The notes beneath the pieces are model-generated. The model was not told the origin of the DNA, searched no databases, and saw only the letters and a list, made by a program, of their open reading frames with translations. From the NCBI GenBank assembly GCA_016748015.1, contig JAAOMT010000352.1, forward strand, positions 248,001 to 312,000: a DNA stretch of 64,000 nucleotides. The letters are read 5' to 3'. Shown here piece by piece: positions 25,861 to 37,944 of the stretch. Every line of letters starts with the position of its first letter. The first letter of the stretch is position 1. A program made the translations under genes and the position numbers. This stretch comes from Geosiphon pyriformis uo1 (Eukaryota > Fungi > Glomeromycota).

Positions 25861-26517
25861 ATGAACAATTATTTCCTGGATCAAAACATTCAAAATGCTT
25901 TTTATACTCTCCATGAGTACTGGATCAAGAACTATCCAAATGCTACTCTGACTATCAGAAAACAAACCACTATAACAGACAACAGTGGAACTCACACTGT
26001 TATTAGACCAAAGAAAACAACTACCAGAAGAGAAAAAATTGGTGGCAAAATGGATAAATACTTGCTGGAAAGCATAACAGCAGCAATACTTTTACCTTCC
26101 AGCACAATTGGAAAAACAATACAAGAAATCTTGCCCATAGACAAAAACTTGTCATATGAAAGACAACTAGAACTCTATGGTCGTCTTAGTAAAATCATAG
26201 AAGACATGAAGCTTATGAAGAAAACAACTTCAGAGATACAAGTGGAAATTTTGGGCATTATACGATTGGATGTCCCAAGAGTTTTGACCATTGTTAGAAG
26301 AGCCAGAACTCTAATACAAAGATTTGGTCTCTTGAATACAAAGCTTATTTTACCTCAAGTACTATATACTCTATCCACAAAAGACTTCAACAAACTAGTT
26401 AGTTTTGAGTTAGACAAAACCCTTCACATAGACTATTCCATAAATAGTTTGATTTCGCCGGAGCTTAATCTCTTTGAAGAGGATGATGTTACGGTTGAAA
26501 CACATAGTTTTTATTAA
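25861..26517 (+). CDS. Family B ORF3, 218-aa protein of unknown function, ending inside the 3' LTR
   Basis: Intact ATG-started ORF after IN; homologous remnants in B1, B4, B6 and B7; no TM helix or signal peptide visible. Confidence 0.75.
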   Translation: MNNYFLDQNIQNAFYTLHEYWIKNYPNATLTIRKQTTITDNSGTHTVIRPKKTTTRREKIGGKMDKYLLESITAAILLPSSTIGKTIQEILPIDKNLSYERQLELYGRLSKIIEDMKLMKKTTSEIQVEILGIIRLDVPRVLTIVRRARTLIQRFGLLNTKLILPQVLYTLSTKDFNKLVSFELDKTLHIDYSINSLISPELNLFEEDDVTVETHSFY

Positions 26518-27140
26518 TTATCACATGTATTAGTCACTGATGTTATATAATTAGCCACCCTATTTTTAGATAGTGATCATTAACCTGATCAATGACCTGA
26601 TCATTGACCTGGTCGTTGACCACTTTAGATAGCTATATAAGTGATGATTCCCTTAGCTGTAGAAAGACATGATCAAAGTAACAAAATAAACAATATCAAT
26701 TACTTCCTTTCATAATCACTTATTCCCCTTTCCTTACCTTCAAGTATCTACTTGTTGGCATTCACATACCTTATCTTTTCCCCTTCTTGATTTGTATTTG
26801 TTAGAATTAGCCTGAGAAGCAATTAGCTTGCTCTTGTAATTTATTGAATAAAAAAATGATTGAAAAGTACAACAATATCTGTTATTAATTCTAAGAATTG
26901 CCGAGTTGAGGCATAGAATAATAGCAGTGGTGTTATCTTGTTGACAATCACGGACTATTCTTCTACCTTCAGATTTAAGAAAAGATTAGCGACTGTGATT
27001 TTTATGAGACTAATCACGCACATTGAATTCCTACTTATTCAATTCGCTCCCTTATTGTAATTCTTTCTTTGTTTATTTCCATCACCATACAATACTGTTC
27101 TCCCTTGCTATCTGTTAGCTTGTTACTCCAACCCGTAACA
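26487..27140 (+). repeat. 3' LTR of B2 (sub-variant with a different central segment)
   Basis: TGTTACGG...CCGTAACA; PPT GAAGAGGATGA; TATA-like GCTATATAAG at ~26632. Confidence 0.95.
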
Positions 27141-30084
27141 GTATACTCTTTTGCTTTTGATACTTCTATATCTGTTTTAATGCTAATACCATTGATGTGA
27201 ACAGGAACAGCTTTGGCTATACTCAGACCTTTCTTTTTGTCACCATATATATTGGTTATAGGCCGGGTAAAAAGTTCATTAATTTTTCTTCCAATGGCTT
27301 CCAGAAAGTGTTTAGCAATTACACTGACAGATAATCTACTGTCTAGAATCAAATCAATAAAGTAGTCAGCCATTTGGGCTTTGCAAATCAGAGGAGTGAC
27401 ATTGCTGTTGTCAACAAGTCCAGCTTGATGAAAGCACTTGTTGGTTTTTGGTGTTTTCTTCTTTGGTATTAATAATTTATGAAGATTTTTTCTGAACTGT
27501 GGATGGATCATTAGTTGGCCAAATATAATGTGTACTGTGGGTTTCCATGAGATTTTTAACAACAGAATAAGGATCAGATTTTTGTACTATTTCTGGAGGT
27601 TCCAATTTTGGAGAATTTTTAAAAACTTTAGCCTTTGGTGGCTCATTGTTGTTAGCAGTGGAAGTTGAGGCTTTGTTGAAATTTAGAACAAATCAATCTT
27701 GGCTTTTTTTTTCTTTCTTGCTAGGTCAGAAGTGTTGATTGCCAGTTTATCCATATCATGGTTATTATCAGTCAGGTTAAATGCATAAAAAGGGTTTTCT
27801 TCTGGTTGGCTTGCACTCTCACCCTTTGGAAATGTGCCTACCAGTTTAAAGACTGATAAACAGTAGCTTCAACTAAGAGATCCTCTCTAAAGAAATTGAT
27901 GTTGGCATGATTGGGTCTTTGATTGGGAACATTATTATTGTTGGATCTGTTATTCTGGGTGTCATTGTTTCTGGGAACTGGAGAGGACAATGGAGAATTG
28001 TTGTAGTCTCTGGAAAAGTATTCAGTTAGTTTACAGTGGTAGCACACAGGTGGGCCATGATTTTGTTGTCTTTGATATGGTGGTTGTTGGGGCTGATTAA
28101 AATCGAGTTCAAATCTGGATCTTTAGGGTTGCTGGTTGTCTTTGACTGCTTGGGCTAATGGTTTTAATAGCCAAGCAAGATTAGCAGTAAGTCTGTCTAT
28201 TAATTGTTTATTGAGGTCTTAAGTATGAGTGGCAAAAGAAGTTGTAGTCATTTATGGAGCTGGAGTCATGGCAGGAGCAGGAGCAAAAACTGGAAGTATA
28301 GATCCCAAATGCATCCTTTGGTTATCTTCAATTTTTTGTGCCAGTTCAATAGCTATGTTCATTGTTGGGTTGTCTTTTAAAGTCAAGAAAGGCCAAAGAG
28401 CATACAATAAATCAGTTCTTAATTTTTTTGTAAAAGAATAGATTTTTTGCTCTTCTGTCCAGTTTTTCCTGGAGTCTACTTGTTTAATTAACTTTCTGAT
28501 AGCTTTGGCATATTCAGTCACTACTTGTCCAGGGCCTTGGGTTCTTCTTTCTAATTCCATGTACCATTTGAAGATTAATATTGAGGTTCTGAACTTGGTT
28601 CAAACCAGGTAGTAAAAAAAGTATTTTCTTTTTCAGCATTGGTTGGTGTCTATTTGATTATTCTGTGTTAAGCATTGACATCTGTTTTTTGTGAAAACCA
28701 AGTAGCAGGAAAGCCTTGGAGATAGCCACCAACGATTTGGAACTTGTATTCTTCATCATACTAGTTGGTTGTGGCAGCTCTCTCAAAGTCATCCAATTAT
28801 TTAATTGGATCTTGTGCATCACCTCTAAACAAGAATAATAAAGTGTTGTTTCTTCTTTTCAAAGCATTTGTATGCCTTGAAGGGTGGCCAGGATGTTTGT
28901 TTGTATGGGGTCATTAGCCATTGGTTCAGAAGTAACTGTTTGAGTAGAATGAGCTGATTCACTTAAGAAGAGGTTAAAAACAGGAGCAGTTTGATAGCTT
29001 TCTTCTTCTGTTTCAAAGGAAGTTTTAGTTGCTTAATAGGTGGCAATCCAAATGTGGATTTGATAATTCAGATATTCAAAATCAGAGGGCTGTTGTTTAA
29101 AAGTTGTGGAATATAAAAGCTGATTGATGCTGTTGTTTCTTTCTTCAAAGTTGTCTTCAAAATAAGCTTAATCAAAGTAATAAGTTGTATAGGCTGTGTA
29201 GGTTTTAGCTAAATGCTTGTTCAGGAACCAGTTCCAAAAGTCTTGGAAATGTCAGCTGGATTGTTTTTCAATGAGAAAGCAAATCAAGCAGAAGGGCAAA
29301 GGATTAAGTTCAATAAAGTCTAAATCATTTTTGTTATGTGCTTCAAAGTGTTCTTTTGATTGTTGTGGCAGGTATAAATAATCACCCATATAATAAGAAA
29401 CAAAATAAAATTTGACAATCTCACAGAGAGCACCACTTTTATGTTATGGGTTGGAGTAACAAGCTAATGGATAGCAAGAGAAAACAGGATTGTAGAGTGA
29501 TAAAAGGAATCAAAGTGGATTCAACTTTAAAGAGTAAATTGAATGAGTATGGATTCAATATGCAAGATCAGTCTCATAAAATATCTCAATCGCTGTACTT
29601 TTCAAAAGATAACTGAGGAATCTGAAAGTAGAGGAATAGTCCGTACTGTTAACAAATGATCATGCCTGGTATAATTTATGCCTCATATTAGTGCTCTTAG
29701 AATTCAATATTAGGTATCAGATGTACTTTTTAGTCACATTTTATTCAATAATCTTTAAATGCTGCAATTACATGTTTCAGGAAAAGGGTAGGTAAAAGTC
29801 AACAAGTAATCTTTTATCTTTAAGATGTTCAAATACTTGAAGATAAGAAAAGAAAAATTAGTGATAAGAGAAGGATTGAGATGAAGTTGTTATTTTATTT
29901 ATTTAATTTTCTTGATTTCTGACATATTTTTCTATAGCTAAGAGATTTATTGCTTATATAGCTATCAAAAGTGGTCAATGATCAGATCAATGATCACTTT
30001 CTAAAAATAGAATGGCTAATTTATATAACATCAGTGGCTAATATATGTGATAATTAATAAGAAATATAAGTTTCAACTGTAACA
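27141..30084 (-). mobile_element. Family B copy B3 (5' LTR, PBS, gag, part of PR)
   Basis: LTR 29442-30084; PBS TGGTGCTCTCTGTGAG at 29418-29435; gag ELERRTQGPGQVVTEYAK; knuckle; ILDSRLSVSVI. Confidence 0.93.
29442..30084 (-). repeat. 5' LTR of B3
   Basis: Reverse complement of the B LTR; TGTTA...TGTAACA termini. Confidence 0.92.
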
Positions 30085-33000
30085 ATACTTTCCAACAGAT
30101 ATTTATCTATTTTGCTACCAATTTTTTCTCTTCTGATAGTAGTTTTCTTTGGTCTAATAACAGTATGTGTTTTACTGTTATCAGTTATGGTGGTCTGTTT
30201 TCCAATGGTCAGAGTAGTATTTGGATAGTTTTTGATCCAATACTTATAAAGAGTATAGAAGGCATTTTGAATGTTTTGATCTAGAAAATAATTGTTCATG
30301 TTAATTGAAGATATCTCTGTTTTGGGAATAGTGCATTTATTTATACTTGATTTTTGTTGATCATTTGGGTCAGTATTACCACAACAAGCAACCAATCAGG
30401 TTGTTTATGATATTTCTTGAGTTGTTTATTGTGAACAGAATGATCATTGAAGATTGTTCTAGATTGATCTTGAAGAATATAAGAACTATTGTTCAAAACT
30501 TTGTTGACTATAAAGGGTCCTTTTCATCAGCTAGAAAATTTATCACCATAAAAATTGCCTTTGTTAGATGGTATTCTAGTACCAAGTCACCAACACTTAA
30601 AAAAAGTGTTTTATAAGTTTTCTTTTTTTTAAGCTTTTTTTGGAACTGTTTTATCTTTTCAAAAGCAATTATTTGTGCTTCTACTAAGAGGTCAAGAATG
30701 ATACCAAGTCTTTTTTGCAAAATGTTTTTGTAATTTCCTATTGTGATCTCTTCAAAAAATATTGTTTCAATGTCAGTTTCTATTAGTAGTGTTGTTATCC
30801 ATCCATAGAGCAAATAAAAAGATTCATAACTTGTTATGTCATAATTCACAGTTCTATAAGCAAACAAAGCTGAAGGCAGTATTTTGTCCCATAAGTTTGT
30901 TTTTTCACTGGTTTTGGCTAGAGTTTTACATAGTGTTCTATTGAAATGTTCTACTAGGCCATTTGTTTGAGGGTGATAAAAGAAGAAAAGTTTATAACAT
31001 ATTCTTATTTTTCTACAAAGTTCTTCAACCAGTGTACTGAAAAAAGCTCTTTCTCTATCAAATAAAAGTTTTTTGGAGCAGCCATAACAGTTTTTATAAA
31101 TGAAATTGGTTATTGAGACTGCTGTTTGGTTAGGAGTGGCTCTTGTTTCTACCCACTTTGTAAGATAGTCAGTAGTTGTGATAATATATCTGTTGCCATT
31201 AGGAATTATTGTTAAAGATCCAACAACATCTATACCAATTCTGTTAAATGGTTGACCAACAGAGATTGAATAGATATCTTTTTTGCAATTGGGTTTGCCT
31301 TTTTTTGGCAGATGTTACAGGTTTTAATATATTTAGCAATATTTTTTTCCAAGATAGGCCAATAATAATGAGCTAAAGTTTTCTGAATTGTCTTTGTTTT
31401 TCTAAAGTGTCTAGCTAATGAGTCAGTGTGTATGTTGTATATTACAATTTTTCTTTCTTTAAATCTAATGACTTTTTGGAAGTGGTCAGAATTTTTTCTT
31501 TTTCTTTTATATAATTGATTCTGGTGGATCAAATAGAAATTTGATTGTTTGCACAAATGTTCTCTTTGCTGTCAAGTATATTCTGGTGGGTATTGTTCTT
31601 TACCCAAAAATTTTATTAAGACAGAATAGTTGTTCAAGTTCATTATCATGTTTGTTTGTAAAAAAGTTACTAATAATTAAGTTGGTTTGGTTTGAGAAGT
31701 TGTACTATCACTGGATGGTAAGTCTGAAAAGAACATCAGCATTTTGATGATTTGCTCTTTTGTGGTGTTGAATATTATAGTCAAATTTATTCAAATGGAG
31801 TATTCAGTAAGTTATTCATTTGTGTTCTAGCTTCTTTTTATTGTGCAGCCAAACCAAGACTTGATGATCTGTTATTATTAAGAATTTTGCACTAAGAAGA
31901 TATTGATTCCAGTAGCTAGTAGCCCAAACTACTGCTAGACATTCTTGTTCAATAACTGAATAATTCTTTTCTGCTGGTGTGAAAGATCTACTAGCATATG
32001 CTATAACATGTTTTCTGTCATTTTCATTTTTTTGTAAAAGGACAGCACCAAGTCCATAGCCAGATGCATCAGTGTGGAGGATAAAAGATTGGTCCAGATT
32101 AGGTTGCTTGAGAATTAGTTCAGTAACAAGTTTTTCCTTTAGAATTTCAAAAGTTTTTTGTGGATGAATGCCCCAATAATAATTGACATTTTTCTTGAAT
32201 AGCTGATTGAGAGAAAAGGCAATTTTGGAGAAATTCTTGATAAATTTACAATAGTAAGAGACCAAACCAAAGAAAAAGTGTAGTTCAGAAACATTCATTG
32301 GTTGTTAAATGTTCTGAACTTTTTCAATTTTAGCTGGATCAGAGAAAATTCCATCTTTTGTAATAAGATGACCAAGGAACTGGGTGGATTGGTGTCCAAA
32401 AAAAGATTTGATTGGATTAATCTTAAGGTCAACATTTCTGAGCAGGTCAAAAATCTTCTGTAAATGTTTAAGGTATTCATCCCAGGTTTTTGAATATACC
32501 ATTATGTTGTCTAAGTAAACCAGAACAAAGTTTTCTTTTACTGATTCAAACACTTTATCTATTAGATGTTAAAAGGTGGAAGGAGCATTGATGAGACCAA
32601 AAGACATGACTGTAAATTCATAGGTGCCTTACTTAGTGATAAAAGCAGTTTTCTTTCTGCTTTCTGAATTCATCTCTATTTGCCAGAATCCAACAGTTAA
32701 GTCAATGGTTGAGAAGAAAGCAGCACTATTGAATTTATATAGTATTGTATCAATTTTGGAGAGTGGGTACATATCTCTTATAGTAATGGCATTTAGTTGG
32801 CAGTAGTCAACACAGAAGTATAAGGTTCCACTTTTCTTGGATACCACTATAACTGAAAAGGCTCATTCACTCTTGGTTTTTTGTATGAATTCAAAATTTT
32901 TTATCTGGTTTATCTCTTTCTTGATAAACTCATCATTGTTTCTATTGGATTGATAAGGCTTCAAATAAATAGGACAAGTTTCTTTTATAGTAATGGTGTG

Positions 33001-36000
33001 TTATATTACATGGGTTTGTCCAGAGGTATTACCTTCTTTTGAGATAACTGAGTTATTTCTAGCCAACAGATTTTTAATGTCCACTTTTTTTTCTTCAGAA
33101 GAAAGTTCTTTTTGTTTTACAACTAATGATTGAATTTTAGGTGGTTCATTCTCAAAGAACTTTTGTACTTCTTTAAATTCTTCTCAAGATATCAAGCTAA
33201 TTGGTTCCCAATCTTTGTAATAGATCAGACAGGATTTGCATTCATCACTTGGTGAATACAAAGATTTATTACACTAATACCGTGCACAAGGGCCATGCCA
33301 TCAATAACTGTATTTGGCTTTCTTGCCAGGTTTTTTGTCAAAAGTTCTTCTGAGAATATCATAGTAGGGCCAGCAGATTAGCTTGCCATTTACCATAATT
33401 CCTTCTTTGTCAGCTTTAACATTATCCAGTGGCTTGCCATTACTGGTAAAGATAGTATAGGTGAGTTTAGCAGTTTTTTTTTGTTCTTTTTAATCTTTAT
33501 CATTATCACTCTCATCATCATCTGATTTATCTGATTGTTCTTTTTCTTGGTTCTGTTTGGTTGCTAGAGGAGTTGTCTAATCACAGCATTTAACCACAAT
33601 AGGTTTTTCACCACATCTGATGGTTAGCTCACAAAGTTTATAATCAAGTAATGCTTTGATTTTCTTAAGCCACTCATTACTAACAATGATGGTATATTCT
33701 TTTGCTTTAAATACTTCCATATCTGTTTCAATGCTAATACTATTGATGCAAACAGAAACAGCTTTGGCTATACCCAGACCTTTCTTTTTGTCACCATGTA
33801 CATTGGTCATAAGCTGGGTAGAAGGTTTATTAATCTTTCTTCCAATAACTTCCAGAAAGTGTTTGGCAATTACACTGACAAATAATCTACTGTTTAGAAT
33901 CAAATCAATAAAATAGTTAGTCACTTGGGCTTTACAAATCAGAGAAGTGACATTGCTGTTGTCAGCAAGTCCAGCTTGATGAGAGTGCTTATTGGTTTTT
34001 GGTGTCTTTTTCTTTGGTATTAAGAATTTGTGAAAATTTTTTCTGAACTGTGGATGAGTCATTAGTTGGCCAAATGTAATATGTGCTGGAGTTTCCATGA
34101 GATTTTTAACAACAAAATAGGGGCCAGATTTTTGTACTATTTCTGGAGGTTCCAACTTTGAAGGATTTTTAAAAACTTTAGCTTTTGATGGCTTATTGTT
34201 GTCAGCAGCAGAAGTTGAGGCTTTGTTGGGATTTAAAACGAAATCAACCTTGGCTTTTTTCTTTTTTCTTGCTAGGTCAGAGGTGTTAATTGCCAGTTAA
34301 TCCATATCATAGTTATTATCAGTTAGGTTAAAAGCATAAAAGAGGTTTTCTTCTGGTTGGCTTGCACTCTCACCCTTTGGAGGTGTGCCTACCAGTTTAA
34401 AGACTAATAAACAGTAGCTTCAATTAAGAGATTCTCTTCAAAAAAATTGATGTTGACATAATTGGGTTTTTAATTAGGAATATTATTATTGTTGGGTCTG
34501 TTATTCTGGGTGTTATTATTTCTAGGAGCTGAAGGGGACAATAAAAAATTGTTACAGTCTCTAAAAAAGTGTCCAGTGATAGCACACAGATGAGCCATGA
34601 TTTTGTTGTCTTTGATATGGTGGTTGTTAAGGCTAATTGAAGCAGAGTTCAAATCTGGGTTTTTGGAGTTGCTGGTTGTCTCTGACTACTTGGACTAGTG
34701 GTTCTAATAGCTGAGCAAGGTTAGCAGTAAGTCTGTCTATTAATTGTTCATTGGAGTCTTAAGTGTGAGTAACAAAAGAGATAGCAGCCATTTGTAGAGC
34801 TGGAACCATGGCAGGAGCAAGAGCAAAAACTGAAAGAGTAGATCTTAGGTGCATTTTTTGGTTGTTTTTTATTCTCTGGGCAAGTTCAATAACCATATCT
34901 ATTGTGGGAATTATTTTTCAGGGCCAAGAGAGGCCAAAGAGCATATGAAAGGTCAGTTCTCAATCCTTTTGTGAAGGAATAAATTTTTTGCTCTTCTGTC
35001 TAATTTCTACCAAAGTCTATATGCTTAATTAGTTTTTTAATGACTTTAGCATATTCAGTTATTATTTTTCCTGGGTCTTGGGTTCTTCTTTCCAACTCCA
35101 TGCACCATTTGGATATCAAGATAGAAGTTTTAAATTTTGTTTCAAACTGGGTAATGAAAGAGGTGTTATTTTCTCCAGCATTTGCTGGTATCTATCTAAT
35201 GATTCTTTGCTAAGCATTGGTATTGGTTTCTTGTGAAAACCAAGTAGCAGGAGAGCCTTGGAGGTAGCCACCAACGATTTGAAACTTGTATTCATTATCA
35301 TATTGATTTGCTGTGGCAGCTTTCTCAAAATCATCCAGCCATTCAATTGGATCTTGGACATCACCTCTGAATAATGGTAATGAGGTGTTGTTTTTTTACT
35401 CTAAAGCAGTCTGTATATCTTGGAGGGCGATCAGAATGTTTTGTTGCAGAGGGTTTTGAGCAATTGGTTTAGGTATAACTGTTTGTGTGGAGTGTTCTAA
35501 TTTACTTGAAAAGAAATCAAAAACAGGGGCAGTTTGGTAGTTTTTTTCTTCTTTTTCAAGAGGAGTTTTAGTTAATTGATGGGCAGCAATTCAAATGTGA
35601 ATTTGATGATTCAGATATTCAAAATTAAGGGGCTGTTGTTCAAAGATTGTGGAATATAAAAGTTGATTAATGCTGTTATTTCTTTCTTTAAAGTTGTCTT
35701 CAAAATAAGCTTGATTAAAGTAATAAGTTGTATATGCTGTATAAGTTTCAGCTGAATGTTTGTTCAGGAACCAGTTCCAAAAGTCTTGAAATTGTCTGCT
35801 GGATTGTTTTTCAATGAGGAAGCAAATCAAGCAGGAGGGCAAAAGATTGAGTTCAATAAATTCTAGATTGTTTTTGCTGTGTGCTTCAAAGTATTATTCT
35901 GATTGTTGTGGCAGGTATGAATAATCACCCATACAATAGAAAACAAAGTAGATTTTGACAACCTCACAAGAAGCACTACTTTTATGTTACAAGTTGGAGT

Positions 36001-37596
36001 AACAAGCTAAAGAATAGCAAGAAAGAACAGGATTGTAGAGTAATAGAAATAATCAAAGGAATTTTAACTTTAAAGAGCAAATTGAATAAGTATAGATTTA
36101 ATGTGTAAAATCAGTCTCATAAAATATCTTAGTTGCTATACTTTTTAAAAGATAACCAGAAAATTTGAAGGTAGAGAGATAGTCTGTACTGTTAACAAAT
36201 AATCATACCTGGTATAATTCTATGCCTTATATTAGCATTCTTAGAATTCAATATTAGATATCAAATGTATTCTTTAGTCATGCTTTATTCAATAATTTTC
36301 AAATGCTGCAATTATACATTTCAGAAAAAAAGTAAAAAATAACCAACAAGTAATCTTTTATCCCAAAATGTTGTTACAAGTAATTATTTGGGGTCTCAAA
36401 TCAAATAACAAACTCATAACTTGGTGCTTAATTAATATACTAATATTAGTAATATCTAAAGATTGTTGGTATCTGAAGGTTTTGGGTTGAGTCTTTTGTA
36501 TAATGGACAGAGATTTATTATGTTTGGTTTTGGTTGATTACTCAAGTCATTTTCCCAATTTCTGTCTTTAGCATAGTGGCCAGTTTAATCTGACAGTTAT
36601 GCCCTTCTGGTAAGCTATTTGTTAATATATAATAATTCTACCCTTATTTCTGGGTCTTTTATCAGGTTATCCTTAATGTCAATAATTCAGCACTTAATCT
36701 CTTTAATCAGTAGTAAATCAACAAACAAAATAAAATAAAATAAAATAAAAAAAAATAAAAAATTAGTATCCCGTCAATAGCCATGATCAAGAGCTATTGT
36801 TCCAGTGTAATTAAGTGTTAGATTTTATCAACACTTCATGTTGATAAATGAAAGAGTAATTATATTTTCAAACAAATGACAATAACATGAATTTGAAAAA
36901 TTGGAGAGATCTTTTATTTATATAATTCTATTTTGGTTGATAGCAACTATCCTTAAAATGAGGGTTAATAAATAGAGAAGAAAGGGAATTGTTCTAAATT
37001 AATAAAACTCTATTGAATTCTCCAGGAATTACTTTTTCTGTTTTTAACACTCTCACTATATATATATAATTTATGTTATATGAGATTTTGCATATTTGTG
37101 AGCAATATGCCATGATTTCTCAAGCAATACTTACATTGCTGAGCAATATGCTTGTAATTTTTGACAATGTGCTTATTGCTGAACAATGTGCCATGATTCT
37201 CTGACAATGCTTCACATTGCTGAGCAATGTGTTCACATGCTAAATACTATTCTCTTATTGGTCTATTTTCTCTATCTGTTTTTTCTATTATTTTCTTGTA
37301 TTTTTTTTTATGAGTAACATTATTCTCTCCTATAATATTGAGCTCTCGCAAAATCTTCTAAATTTTTTTTTTTTGTATCAATGTTGTCATTGTAATTTCT
37401 ATTGCTATTTTTTAAATCTAATTTTATACGTGACTGGAGTTTTTAACTATAGTGGTCTGTTCAAAATATCCACATTTAAATCTTGCATCTGTATTATGTG
37501 CATGTTCAGACATAATGCTCTCATTATTATCACTGAATTGAGTTAATTTCTGCTTCATTGTAAGATCTAAAAGTGTGATATATCATTCAGTGTTTA

Positions 37597-37800
37597 AAGC
37601 AGAGTTTGAATTGTTGTTGGTGGAGTTTGAATTATTGTTGTCATTAGTAGAGTTTAAATAATTGTTGTTATTAGTGAAGTTTGAATTGTTGTTGTTATTA
37701 GCAAAGTTTGAATCATTGTTGTTATTAGCAGAGTTTGAATTGTTGTTGTCATTAGTGGCATTTGAATTGTTGCTATCATTAGTGGAATTTGAATCAAGAT
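37597..37800 (-). repeat. 27-bp tandem repeat (~7 units) encoding Asn-rich NNNNSNSAN
   Basis: Unit like agagtttgaattgttgttgtcattagt; lies within ORF 37583-37864. Confidence 0.85.
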
Positions 37801-37944
37801 TAAGTTCCGATTCCAATTCCCATTTGTTCTTACTGATTGGCTTTTCTTTGAATATATGACACATAAGAGTGGATTGTGACTACATCCCAATATTCTGACT
37901 CAGAGCTGTCAGGTAAGTTTTTCTGATTTATTGGTACTGTGGGA

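Larger units (their letters stand above)
22514..27140 (+). mobile_element. Ty3/Gypsy family B copy B2 (end of PR to 3' LTR), least degraded copy
   Basis: Long ORFs for RT-RH, IN and ORF3; LTR with perfect 8-bp terminal inverted repeat. Confidence 0.96.

Noticed and set aside
25765-26517. ORF3 as an envelope gene or chromodomain
   Set aside because: No signal peptide, TM segment or aromatic-cage pattern is visible
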